Positions 55,075 to 63,975 of a stretch of DNA of 64,000 nucleotides are shown piece by piece. Origin of the DNA: Wenzhouxiangellaceae bacterium (lineage in GTDB: Bacteria > Pseudomonadota > Gammaproteobacteria > Xanthomonadales > Wenzhouxiangellaceae); assembly GCA_007135395.1 (NCBI GenBank), contig SLIZ01000104.1, positions 4,034-68,033 of the forward strand, read 5' to 3'. Under the pieces are notes generated by a model, which did no database searches, was not told the DNA's origin, and saw nothing but the letters and a program-made list of their open reading frames with translations. A program made the translations under genes and the position numbers. The first letter of the stretch is position 1; every line of letters begins with the position of its first letter.

Positions 55075-55938
55075 TCAGTCGGCCGCCGGAGGTTTGCAGG
55101 CCGGCCAGTTGACGATGCGCTCGACCACCGGGTCGGGCTCCTTCATCCAGCCGAAATGGTCCGGCTTGCGTTCGGCAAAATCCTCCTGGCCCAGGATTTC
55201 CGAGTCCACGGTGCAGCCGGGCATCTTGCCCAGAAGCCACTCCAGCGAACCCCGGGGCACGAACCAGTCAGACGCCATGGACAGGGTCAGTACCGGCTTT
55301 TCCAGTTGGCTCATGGCCGCCTCCAGGTCCTGGTCGATTCCGTCCGGGTTGTAGTGCCCGGTCCAGCCCGATCGGGTCCAGTCCCGGATCAGCCCCCGGG
55401 CTTCGGTGCCCGCAAAACCCAGTCGTCTGCCCGGATAGTAGCCAAGCACTGCGCCGAGGCCGCGAAAGGTCACGAACACCAGGGGCAGAAGACCGTTGAG
55501 AGGGAAGGGGAATGACCGCCACCAGGGAGAACCGCCGGCGATGATCACCAGGCCGTCGATGGAATCCGGCTGTCGGGCCAGGGCCAGGGCGGCAATCTGG
55601 GCACCCAGGCTGTGCCCGCCGATAAGAAGCCGCTGGCCGGGCTCGCGTTGGCCCACCTGTTGAAGCCCGGCGGCAATGTCCAGGTCCAGCAGTTCCCGGT
55701 AGCCCCAGTCCGAACGCCTGCCGGCGCGCAGGCTGCTGGAACCGGCACCGCGCCATTCATGAATGATCACCGCCACCCCTTTCTCGGCCAGCGCCCGGGC
55801 GAACGGGCGATAGCTTCGCGCCGTGACCCCGAGGGCCGGCAGCCAGTACAGGTAGTGGGCGGGTGCTTCGGGCCGGAATTCGATCTGCTCGAATCGATGG
55901 CCGTCGGATGCCTCAACGGATCGGGTGGCGGGGGTCAC
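55075..55938 (-). CDS. Alpha/beta hydrolase
   Basis: Nucleophile elbow GGHSLGAQ. GTG 55936-55938 overlaps the upstream TGA (GTGA). The track ORF extension to 56190 is rejected because it runs antisense-frame into the upstream gene. Confidence 0.75.
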   Translation of the reverse strand: MTPATRSVEASDGHRFEQIEFRPEAPAHYLYWLPALGVTARSYRPFARALAEKGVAVIIHEWRGAGSSSLRAGRRSDWGYRELLDLDIAAGLQQVGQREPGQRLLIGGHSLGAQIAALALARQPDSIDGLVIIAGGSPWWRSFPFPLNGLLPLVFVTFRGLGAVLGYYPGRRLGFAGTEARGLIRDWTRSGWTGHYNPDGIDQDLEAAMSQLEKPVLTLSMASDWFVPRGSLEWLLGKMPGCTVDSEILGQEDFAERKPDHFGWMKEPDPVVERIVNWPACKPPAAD

Positions 55939-57479
55939 TGGCGCAGTTCGCCGATGCCTCCGTAAGCCACGCCGCTCAACATCGCCATGTCCTTCTTCCA
56001 GGTGGTCAGGTCCGATGGGGAGAACTCGCCAAGCGCCGAGTGGCCGCAGGCCCGAGCCAGAACGCTCATAAGCGCCACCGAGGCATCGAAGAAGCGGGCC
56101 AGCCGCTCGGCCCCGGTATCCACCTTCAAGCGCCCGCGAAGCTTTGCGTTCTGAGTGGCAACCCCGGACGGGCATTGGTTGGTATGGCACATGCGCGCGG
56201 CCACACAGCCGATCGCCTGAATGGCAGAATTGGCCAGCGCGATACCGTCGGCGCCAAGCGCCATGGCCTTGACGAAATCCTCCGGTGTCCGCAGCCCGCC
56301 GGTGACGATGAGCGACACATCCCGGCCACAGCGCTTGTCCATGTGGCGCCGGGCCCGGGCGAGTGCCGGAATGGTGGGCACGCTGATATGGTCGCGCAGG
56401 ATCATCGGCGCCGCCCCGGTGCCACCGCCGCGACCATCCAGGATGATGTAGTCGGCTCCTGCTTCCAGGGCAAAATCGATGTCGTCTTCGATGTGGTTGG
56501 CCGAGAGCTTGAAGCCCACCGGGATGCCGCCGCTGCGTTCGCGAACCTTGTCGGCGAAGCTGCGGAAATCCGAAGAACTCGAAAGGCCTTCGAAGGTGGC
56601 CGGCGGGACCGCGTCCTGGCCTTCTTCGATGCCCCGGGTCCGGGCAATCTCGGCGGTGACCTTGTTGCCCGGCAAATGGCCGCCGGTTCCGGTCTTGGCT
56701 GCCTGCCCGCCCTTGAAATGAAACGCACGGACTTCGTCGAGCAGTTCCCAGCGCCAGCCGAACCGGGCCGAGGCAAGTTCCAGCAGGTAGCGTGAATTGG
56801 CCTTTCGCTCCCCGTCCATGGACCCGCCCTCGCCGGAGCAGATTCCGGTTCCGGCCTTCTCGGCACCGCGGGCCAGGGCGAGCTTGGCCTCCTCGGAAAG
56901 GGCACCGAAGCTCATGTCCGAGACGAACAGGGGAATCTCCAGTTCCAGCGGCCGCTTTGCCTTCGGGCCAATTACAAGGCGGGTGTCCACATCCGCATCA
57001 TCGGCAAGTGGCGAGCGCGCCAACTGTGCGGTGAGAACCTGGATGTCATCCCAGTGCGGCAGGTCCTTGCGGGGGACGCCCATGGCGGCCACTTCCCCGT
57101 GCCGCCCGGTTTTCTCCAGCCCGTTTCTGGCCAGTTCATGGATTCGTGCCACGGTGGGTTCTTCCGGCGTGGGCTCGGCCTCAGGGGTTTCGTTTTCACC
57201 GGAGGCCTCGGGAACTTCATCACCGACTTCGACTTCCAGCTTCGAATGGGTGCCATCGCAAAGGGGCTGATCACCGGTGGCCTTGCAGCGGCAGAAATGA
57301 ACCTTTTCGCTTTCCTCGGCGACAAACTTTACCGGGCTCAGGCCCGTACCCTTGTGGGAGCCATCGCAGAAGGGCTGGTCCTTCGACCGGCCACAGCGGC
57401 ACCAGTAATAGGTTTCGCCGGCTTCAACCTCCACGCCGGCAGGAGAAAGTGCGGAAACCACGGGTCTGTCAGCCATCAA
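55935..57479 (-). CDS. Glutamate-synthase-domain (GltB FMN/TIM-barrel) family protein fused to two N-terminal CDGSH iron-sulfur domains
   Basis: The CDGSH motifs are CRCGRSKDQPFCDGSHKG and CRCKATGDQPLCDGTHSK. The Glu_synthase-like core has GGQAAKTGTGGHLPG, ILDGRGGGTGAAP, VTGGLRTPEDF and CHTNQCPSGVATQ. Confidence 0.85.
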   Translation of the reverse strand: MMADRPVVSALSPAGVEVEAGETYYWCRCGRSKDQPFCDGSHKGTGLSPVKFVAEESEKVHFCRCKATGDQPLCDGTHSKLEVEVGDEVPEASGENETPEAEPTPEEPTVARIHELARNGLEKTGRHGEVAAMGVPRKDLPHWDDIQVLTAQLARSPLADDADVDTRLVIGPKAKRPLELEIPLFVSDMSFGALSEEAKLALARGAEKAGTGICSGEGGSMDGERKANSRYLLELASARFGWRWELLDEVRAFHFKGGQAAKTGTGGHLPGNKVTAEIARTRGIEEGQDAVPPATFEGLSSSSDFRSFADKVRERSGGIPVGFKLSANHIEDDIDFALEAGADYIILDGRGGGTGAAPMILRDHISVPTIPALARARRHMDKRCGRDVSLIVTGGLRTPEDFVKAMALGADGIALANSAIQAIGCVAARMCHTNQCPSGVATQNAKLRGRLKVDTGAERLARFFDASVALMSVLARACGHSALGEFSPSDLTTWKKDMAMLSGVAYGGIGELRQ

Positions 57480-57725
57480 GGGGACCTCGAATTATTGAAC
57501 GCATTTGTTGCACCGAATTGGTTCCGGTGCCCGGCCTGATTCTTGTTGTCCGGGCAGGAACGCCAGTGCAGACATACCTGTCGGGCACCATCACCGGCCT
57601 GCGCGAAGCGCGTCACCGAACCGGGTTAAGAATAGCCCAGTTGCGTGAAGATGCAAGAGACACGAACGTGCCCCTTTCTATAGCGACATGGCGTCCATCG
57701 GGTCCTTCCTGGTCGCTTGAAAGGC

Positions 57726-58028
57726 TTATCCACCGTTGCGCTCGACTTCTGTGCCTTTCTCTTTGGGTGTGGCCGTGTCCCAGGTTTTAACCGCCTTCTC
57801 TCCGACTATTTCAATCGCTCGTTTCCGAGCCCTGGCTGGAGTCAGGCGTCCTTCATCCAGGGCATTTTTCAGCCACTCTGCGTACACACCACCGGTCTCA
57901 TCAAATCCATCTTCCATCAGTGCGTGATAAAGTGCGGCCGCAAGCATATGCATGCCTCCATCCGCTTCACGCCATCGCTCACCGGGGGCCTGAGCAAATC
58001 CAAGCCGTTCGGATACGATCTGGTCCAT
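57726..58028 (-). CDS. Hypothetical 100-aa protein
   Basis: ATG start and a helical, protein-like composition (AAALYHALMEDGFDETGGVYAEWLKNALDEG). The RBS is weak and no family is recognised. Confidence 0.35.
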   Translation of the reverse strand: MDQIVSERLGFAQAPGERWREADGGMHMLAAALYHALMEDGFDETGGVYAEWLKNALDEGRLTPARARKRAIEIVGEKAVKTWDTATPKEKGTEVERNGG

Positions 58029-58069
58029 TGCCTGGGCCGAGCCTTCATCGACGATGGCCTCGAAAGTTC

Positions 58070-58430
58070 ACCGGTACTGTTGCCGGCCTGCCCCAGCGTC
58101 GAGTTTCCGGAATAGAGGACTTGACCGACATCGCTGATGGTCATCTGGCCCGATCCGGTAGAACCCAGCCAGAAGTTTGCCTGCAGTTCCAGGAGCGATC
58201 CGGCCCCAGTAACGGTCACGCTGCCACTGCCAGCTGCTTGTTGACCAATGCGGGTGACCGGGCTGAATGTTGTCTGCAACAGCCCTCCGTCGACGATCTC
58301 GATCTGGCCGGTTCCGAATGAGCCAACATCGAAATTGCCCGAGGTGATCTGCCAGCTTGACCCGGACCCGCTGATGGTGACACTGCCATTACCGGCCGCC
58401 TGGCCACCCAGGATGGCCGACACCGAGTTC
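58070..58430 (-). pseudogene. Fragment of an autotransporter/adhesin passenger domain (beta-strand repeats), lacking signal peptide and barrel
   Basis: GNGSVTISGSGSSWQITSGNFDVGSFGTGQIEIVDGGLL ... GSGSVTVTGAGSLLELQANFWLGSTGSGQMTISDVGQVL is the classic G.GS.W....L.VG..G.G.L.I..GG repeat. The upstream flanking sequence in this frame is non-protein-like, and downstream the frame runs into the region occupied, in another frame, by the neighbouring small ORF. Confidence 0.55.
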
Positions 58431-58724
58431 AGCGTTTCCGGACATGACGATCCGGTGATTTTTGAATGACTTTGGCCGGATACAGCACACAAACCGGACT
58501 TCTTCCTTGTTTGCCGCCGTTTCATGCAGGCTGGCACTGTCTTATTGGGAATTCGAACGATTGCGGGGAGAAGATAAGGCGCCTGCAATGGGGCGCACCG
58601 CACCGACCAAATTGCCGGATTCCGCCACCATCGTGTCACCTTCCGATGTTGGCCTGAAGTTCCGAGTCCAGTCACGGCCCTTGTTTTGAAACCTGCCGGC
58701 TGATGAACAGCCAGGATAATCACG

Positions 58725-59069
58725 ATGAATAAAGAAATACCAACCAATTCGAACAATTTGGGTTCGGCCGCCATTGGGGCTACTGCTCAAACGAAGGATC
58801 GTATAGCCGAGAGCGCGCACAAAGGTATTGATGCTGCTTCCAGGGCGGTTCATCCGACAGTCGACCGGGCAGCTGCCGGTGCACACAAAGCCGTGGACAA
58901 CGCTGATGATATGGTCAATCAGGCCGCTGAGGCGTTTGACAGGGCTGGTGTCAAGGGTGAGGAAATGCTCACCGCGAGCACTACCTACATGCGTGCGCAC
59001 CCACTACTCACACTGAGTCTTGCGGTAACCGCAGGTTATGTGCTGAGCCGCCTGCTGGCCTCCCGCTAG
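58725..59069 (+). CDS. DUF883 (ElaB/YqjD/YgaM) family membrane-anchored stress protein
   Basis: The helical N-terminus has A/D/K-rich repeats. The C-terminal tail anchor is RAHPLLTLSLAVTAGYVLSRLL. Confidence 0.8.
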   Translation: MNKEIPTNSNNLGSAAIGATAQTKDRIAESAHKGIDAASRAVHPTVDRAAAGAHKAVDNADDMVNQAAEAFDRAGVKGEEMLTASTTYMRAHPLLTLSLAVTAGYVLSRLLASR

Positions 59070-59086
59070 CACTGTCGGCAGGAGCC

Positions 59087-59518
59087 ATGAGCTACGAGGA
59101 AACAAACCGGCCGGGGATGGCGAGTGAGACAGTTCCGCCATCCTCGGGGTTGCCGGGTTCAAACATGAACCGGGTAGTTCACGAATTTCGGGAATTGGCC
59201 AATGATCATCTCGAGCTGGCGACGCTGGAGACGAGACTGTCGGTCAACACCCTTCTTCGTATGGCGATTATTTCCATCTTTACTGCACTTGTGCTCGTAA
59301 GTGCCTGGCTGACCCTGGTCGGCTCGGCAGCCCTCGGCCTCATCAGTTTCGGTCTTGCGCCTGTGATGGCGATGCTGTTGCTTGCTGCGACAAACCTGAT
59401 CATCGCACTCCTGGGCTGGTTGCAAGTAAGAAGAATGAGTCTTTGGCTCGGGTGGCCGGCTACGCAGCGCGCGATCATGCCAGCTCCTGCTGCTGAGCAA
59501 CAGCGAGACGAAGAATGA
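59087..59518 (+). CDS. Phage-holin-family / YqjE-like (DUF1469) membrane protein
   Basis: ELATLETRL... is followed by two TM helices. It occupies the position after the DUF883 gene, as in the E. coli yqjD-yqjE-yqjK arrangement. Confidence 0.7.
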   Translation: MSYEETNRPGMASETVPPSSGLPGSNMNRVVHEFRELANDHLELATLETRLSVNTLLRMAIISIFTALVLVSAWLTLVGSAALGLISFGLAPVMAMLLLAATNLIIALLGWLQVRRMSLWLGWPATQRAIMPAPAAEQQRDEE

Positions 59519-59817
59519 CCATTCGCACCAATTTCACGACCCGCTCGGCGGTATTGAAAAAAAGAATCGCGACTATCGAGCGAAGGATTAGACGCCGGCG
59601 AACGGATATCGGAGTCGCCCTTGGCGGTATAGTTCATACCGGCCGGGACAAGATGATTTCTCCGGCCACACTTGTTACAGCCGCGCTATTTGGTGCGGCA
59701 ATTCACCGCAGCCATGAATTACATGGATTGCGAATGCTGGCGATTCTCGAGTCAGCAAATGCCGGCCTTCGACTTATGCTGACTGCGACCTCGAAGGCCA
59801 GCAATACGCAGAACTAG
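59515..59817 (+). CDS. YqjK-like protein
   Basis: 100 aa with a basic N-terminus (RIATIERRIRRRR) and one hydrophobic segment. Its start overlaps the upstream stop. Confidence 0.6.
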   Translation: MTIRTNFTTRSAVLKKRIATIERRIRRRRTDIGVALGGIVHTGRDKMISPATLVTAALFGAAIHRSHELHGLRMLAILESANAGLRLMLTATSKASNTQN

Positions 59818-59851
59818 CCGTGAAGCTCCCAGCCCTGGTTTTGCACCCACA

Positions 59852-61093
59852 ATGGAATGCTTCATGAGCGCGGAGCTGAACACCCGGTTGTTCGGCGTGG
59901 TGGAGCGCCGACTGTTCAGGGCGACAGCGGTATTGGCCGCGATCATTGCAATGGCCCTGCTCATCGCCGGCATGGTCTGGATTCTGGGGCAGGCCCTTTC
60001 CTACTTCTACAACCTGATAATGCCCTTGTGTGTGGCAGGCATCCTTGCGCTGGTGCTCTACCCGGTGGTGGACTATCTGGAGCAAACCGGAAAAATGCCC
60101 CGTATCGTTGCAACCAGCCTCATTGTGCTGGTCTTTACCACGATCATAGTCGGGACGATATTCCTGGTGTTGCCGGCACTGATCTACCAGATCGGGCAAT
60201 TTGCCGAGTTCGGGCCAGGTATTCTTTCCGGATGGCAGGATAACTTGAGAAACCGCTTTCCGGGCATTACCCGGATGATCACGAGAAGCGCAGAGGATGG
60301 GGAAATCAAGGAGATGATGCCGGGAATGGAGGGTACTGGCAGAACCGTAAAATCCTATGCTGGTTTGGTAGTAGGCTTGAGTTTCGTCCCTCTCCTGCTT
60401 TTCTTCGCCCTCCTGTCCGGCGGCCGTCTGCGCGATCAGACTACAGAAGCGTTATCGGTCTTCAGCAACGAGACAAAAAAACGAATCATGTATTTCATTG
60501 ATGTGTTTCTCGGTCAGGTGACCGGATTCTTCCAGGGTCAGATGGTTATTGCGGTGATCATGGGCACAATGTTTGCCATCGGTTTTACCCTGATTGGGCT
60601 CAAGGGCGCAATCATCATTGGCATGATTCTGGGGCTTCTCAATATCGTGCCTTTTCTTGGCACGCTGATCGGGCTTTTGATTGTCCTGCCCCTGGCCTAT
60701 TTTCAGCCGTCGGGCAGTTTTCAGTTGCTTGGTCTTGCCCTGGTCGTGTTTACGGTCGTGCAGCTGGTTGAGAGCTGGTTGCTGACACCGAAAATCATGG
60801 CGAATCGTTCGGGGCTTCATCCCGCGTTGGTAGTAATTTCGGTTTTCTTCTGGGGTACCGCGCTTGGCGGTATAACAGGCATGATTCTTGCCGTTCCCTT
60901 GACCGCATTCCTGGTTGCGGTTTGGGCTCAAGCTAAAGCAGGCCTGGCTCGAAGCATGACATCCGAGCATGACGAGGGCCGGATTTCAATCCAGGCTGGA
61001 AATGAGACGCCGTCAACGATTATAGATCCATACAATCACCCGGGGCATGGCAGTAGCTCTGAACTTTGCACCTCCACAACCCATAAGGCATAA
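59852..61093 (+). CDS. AI-2E family transporter (PerM/UPF0118)
   Basis: Multi-TM protein with the characteristic IPFLGTLIG...LVESWLLTPKIMANRSGLHP block. Confidence 0.9.
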   Translation: MECFMSAELNTRLFGVVERRLFRATAVLAAIIAMALLIAGMVWILGQALSYFYNLIMPLCVAGILALVLYPVVDYLEQTGKMPRIVATSLIVLVFTTIIVGTIFLVLPALIYQIGQFAEFGPGILSGWQDNLRNRFPGITRMITRSAEDGEIKEMMPGMEGTGRTVKSYAGLVVGLSFVPLLLFFALLSGGRLRDQTTEALSVFSNETKKRIMYFIDVFLGQVTGFFQGQMVIAVIMGTMFAIGFTLIGLKGAIIIGMILGLLNIVPFLGTLIGLLIVLPLAYFQPSGSFQLLGLALVVFTVVQLVESWLLTPKIMANRSGLHPALVVISVFFWGTALGGITGMILAVPLTAFLVAVWAQAKAGLARSMTSEHDEGRISIQAGNETPSTIIDPYNHPGHGSSSELCTSTTHKA

Positions 61094-61095
61094 AG

Positions 61096-61269
61096 ATGAT
61101 ATTACACAATTTGCGAAAGGTACTCACTCTCTCCAAGAACCGGCTTGCTCACCCGGAACGAATCAAATACTCCGAGGCGGAAAACGAATTCACCTCCGAG
61201 GGCGCACCTCTTCCGGTAAGTTCGGTAAAGCCTGAAGCGGCTTCAGAGGTCGATCCCGATGGGCTCTAG
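61096..61269 (+). CDS. Possible small ORF (57 aa), below the track length cutoff
   Basis: My translation is MILHNLRKVLTLSKNRLAHPERIKYSEAENEFTSEGAPLPVSSVKPEAASEVDPDGL. The ATG lies 2 nt after the AI-2E stop with AAGG 7 nt upstream. No family is confidently recognised. Confidence 0.25.
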   Translation: MILHNLRKVLTLSKNRLAHPERIKYSEAENEFTSEGAPLPVSSVKPEAASEVDPDGL

Positions 61270-61456
61270 TCTTGATAAACATTGGGCGTTGAGGCGTGCA
61301 ACTACAATTATTCATGGAGCTGGGTGCGGGAGCGAACCGAATTTGTTTCCCTCACTTGCGAGACTATGACTTGCTCGGTCAGCGATTAATGCCTTTTCAA
61401 GGCACTTCGGGTGGCTGGGTTTATTCCACACAACACAAGAGCAAAGGAGACAAACA

Positions 61457-62434
61457 ATGAACAAGAGTTACCGCAAGACATTAATTGCTGCTGCTGTAAC
61501 AGCCCTGATCAGCGTCCCTGCCTGGTCAGTCGCCGGAATGCCTGACGTAGATGAAACCTCGGACTTGCAGTCTCAGACTGCCCATTCAAGTAGCGGAGAG
61601 AATTGGTCGATTGATGGTTCTACCCGTGCCAAGGCAAGCAATAACCGGCTTTATACGTACACACCGGATGATCTGAAGGGCATGAAAGTTGTCGGCCCAG
61701 ACGGAAAATCACTCGGCAAGATCAAGACAGTTGTGATGGATCGCAGTCGTGAAGACGTCCATGCAGTAATTTCTACGGGCGGCATGATGGGTATCGGGAC
61801 CCGTGACACGCTTGTTCCAATTGCTGAACTTGAACTTCTGGAGGATGATGAAGTGCGGGCCAATCTGACCAAAGAGGCCATTGCGGAGCGTCCTGAGTTC
61901 AAGGAGGAGCAATACGGAGTGATGGAGTCGGATCGACGCATCAGTGATTTCTCCGCATTTGAGCCGGCCCTGAGTGCTACAAGCCACGCTTCTGCCCACA
62001 CTGATTCCGATGCCCATGAGTCAAGCCGGGCCGCCGAGCGGTCTTCCGCAAGAAGTGGTACTGAAACCCAGCCGAGCCAGGTGACCACTCGATCCGAATT
62101 GAGCAATGATCCAATGCATAGTCGTACCCCGATGGATCTGAAGGACATGGAAGTGGTTGGTCGGGATTGCCAGAATATTGGCAAGGTCAAGACCATTGTA
62201 GCCAGCAATAACCGTGATGAGCTTCATGCTGTCATTTCTTCCGGTGGATTTCTGGGGCTTGGGACGCGTGAGATTCTTGTTCCCCTTAATGAGCTCGAGG
62301 TCGTTGGTGGTGAGCAGTTGCAGGCTGATTTCAATCAGGATACTGTCGAATCACGCCCGGAGTACAAGTCAGGTGAGTACGCTGAAGTGGACTCGGATCG
62401 CAAGTTGAGCGAACACTGGCGTTCGAACCGCTAA
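61457..62434 (+). CDS. Secreted protein with two PRC-barrel domains
   Basis: RBS AAAGGAGA and signal peptide MNKSYRKTLIAAAVTALISVPAWSVA. Two homologous blocks are present: DLKGMKVVGPDGKSLGKIKTVVMDRSREDVHAVISTGGMMGIGTRDTLVPIAELE and DLKDMEVVGRDCQNIGKVKTIVASNNRDELHAVISSGGFLGLGTREILVPLNELE. Confidence 0.82.
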   Translation: MNKSYRKTLIAAAVTALISVPAWSVAGMPDVDETSDLQSQTAHSSSGENWSIDGSTRAKASNNRLYTYTPDDLKGMKVVGPDGKSLGKIKTVVMDRSREDVHAVISTGGMMGIGTRDTLVPIAELELLEDDEVRANLTKEAIAERPEFKEEQYGVMESDRRISDFSAFEPALSATSHASAHTDSDAHESSRAAERSSARSGTETQPSQVTTRSELSNDPMHSRTPMDLKDMEVVGRDCQNIGKVKTIVASNNRDELHAVISSGGFLGLGTREILVPLNELEVVGGEQLQADFNQDTVESRPEYKSGEYAEVDSDRKLSEHWRSNR

Positions 62435-62510
62435 TAGGAACGGAAAGCCGAGCCTCGCTAGTTAATCGGGGGCTTGGTGGCCGCCAGGAATGGTCTGGTA
62501 AACGTCATGA

Positions 62511-62545
62511 GGGTTGGAGTTGCTGCAAAATTCCAACCCTTTTTT
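62511..62545 (+). terminator. Intrinsic terminator after the PRC-barrel gene
   Basis: GGGTTGGA-gttgctgcaaaat-TCCAACCC followed by TTTTTT. Confidence 0.65.
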
Positions 62546-62631
62546 GTGAGGTGTTGATCCTGCCAGGACATCCATGACTCCGGCCTCTCTCAGAGTCCCT
62601 GGCTGGTCGACTAACAATCCATGGGGGTCTG

Positions 62632-63087
62632 CTACAGAATCAATGCCAGCAACAACAAACTCAAAATCAGAAAAAGTCCGGTTACCCATAACAAGGTAAA
62701 CCACGGAAACGGCTGCTTCGGTAGTACTTCGAGCTGCTCATGCAGCCAGGCCCGGAGTAGTTCAGTGTTGCGCGTGTTGGCCTTGTATACCGCATCGAAG
62801 GCATCCCCGATCACCGGGACCAGTCCGCCGAGAAATTCGATGACCATGTTGCGAATCATTTTCAGCTGAACGCGCTTGCTGGCACCTACTCTGCGTGCCT
62901 CGTAAAGAACATATAGAGACAGGACCAGGCCGATAAAGTCGCCAACAACGGGCACCAGGCCAATGATCGGGCTCAGGCCCAGTCGAAAGCTTGTGAAGGG
63001 AATGCGGATATTGCTATCGGTCCAGTAGCTGAACCGATCCAGGCGCTTCAGCGTTGCTTCCTGATGATGGCGATCGGATTGGTTCAT
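62632..63087 (-). CDS. DUF4112-domain membrane protein
   Basis: LDRFSYWTDSNIRIPFTSFRLGLSPIIGLVPVVGDFIG...GGLVPVIGDAFDAVYKAN is characteristic of this family. The ATG at 63087 (MNQSDRHH) is preferred over the track start at 63165. Confidence 0.8.
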   Translation of the reverse strand: MNQSDRHHQEATLKRLDRFSYWTDSNIRIPFTSFRLGLSPIIGLVPVVGDFIGLVLSLYVLYEARRVGASKRVQLKMIRNMVIEFLGGLVPVIGDAFDAVYKANTRNTELLRAWLHEQLEVLPKQPFPWFTLLWVTGLFLILSLLLLALIL

Positions 63088-63339
63088 TTTTCCCTTTTGT
63101 TGCTTGGGGGGCAAGGTTCCGGCCAGCGCAGTCCAAGATTTATGCAAGCATAATCGATTCGGCATTGGATTGGATCAATCGGATCGTCCGAAACGAGGGA
63201 TGAGCCAGTGGTCCTGCCGTTCATGGCCAGGCAGTATCGCCGGCCTGCTTCCCCGAGGTTGACCCGCTATTCGGAGGTGTTGTACATTGAACGCGAGTAG
63301 ACCAGTCGGTTTAGATTGGTTTGATTAACTGGGTGCCTG

Positions 63340-63975
63340 ATGCAAAAACACACCACATCCCGGCAAAAGCTCCTCGACAAGGGATTGAGTCTGTTGCTTG
63401 CGCGCGGCTACAACGACCTGGGGATCCAGGCGCTGCTGGACGAGGCCGGGGTGCCCCGGGGTTCCTTTTACCACCACTTCAAGAGCAAGCAGGCCTTTGC
63501 CCTGGCGGTGGTTGACGAGTACATGGCCACTGTCCACTCCGGCCTTGATGCCTGCCTGAACGATACCGCCAGGCCACCGCTGGACCGGGTCCGGCGATTT
63601 TTCGAGATATCCCGGGACAAGTACATCGAAGAGGGCACCCTGGGTTGCATGCTCGGATCCCTGGGCCAGGAGCTTGCCGCCGTGGACGAGGAATTCCGGC
63701 ACAAGATCGAATCCTGTTTCCGCGAGATCACCACACGCATCGCCGCCACCCTGGATCAAGCCCGCCGGGAGGGTGCGCTGGACTCGTCCTGCGACCCGCA
63801 GGATACCGCCAACCTGATCCTCAACTGCTGGGAAGGCGCGGCATTGCGTTCGCGGATCGGGCGCCAGGTCCAGCCCCTGGACGCGGTACTGGATTTCTGC
63901 TTTGACGCACTGGGCGCCGGAGCCTCGCCACCGGACCAACCTGATTCAGCCCAAGGGCTCGGGGAAAATCCCTGA
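63340..63975 (+). CDS. TetR/AcrR-family transcriptional regulator
   Basis: The N-terminal HTH is LLDKGLSLLLARGYNDLGIQALLDEAGVPRGSFYHHFKSKQAF. Confidence 0.92.
   Translation: MQKHTTSRQKLLDKGLSLLLARGYNDLGIQALLDEAGVPRGSFYHHFKSKQAFALAVVDEYMATVHSGLDACLNDTARPPLDRVRRFFEISRDKYIEEGTLGCMLGSLGQELAAVDEEFRHKIESCFREITTRIAATLDQARREGALDSSCDPQDTANLILNCWEGAALRSRIGRQVQPLDAVLDFCFDALGAGASPPDQPDSAQGLGENP

Noticed and set aside
62462-62704. 80-aa minus-strand ORF between the PRC-barrel gene and DUF4112
   Set aside because: It overlaps the 3' end of the DUF4112 gene and the terminator hairpin. It has no RBS and no recognisable features.
63161-63180. TTGGA-TTGG-ATCAA near the DUF4112 upstream region, considered as another FNR box
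   Set aside because: The left half-site has two mismatches, and no anaerobic function is suggested for the gene. It is probably a chance match.
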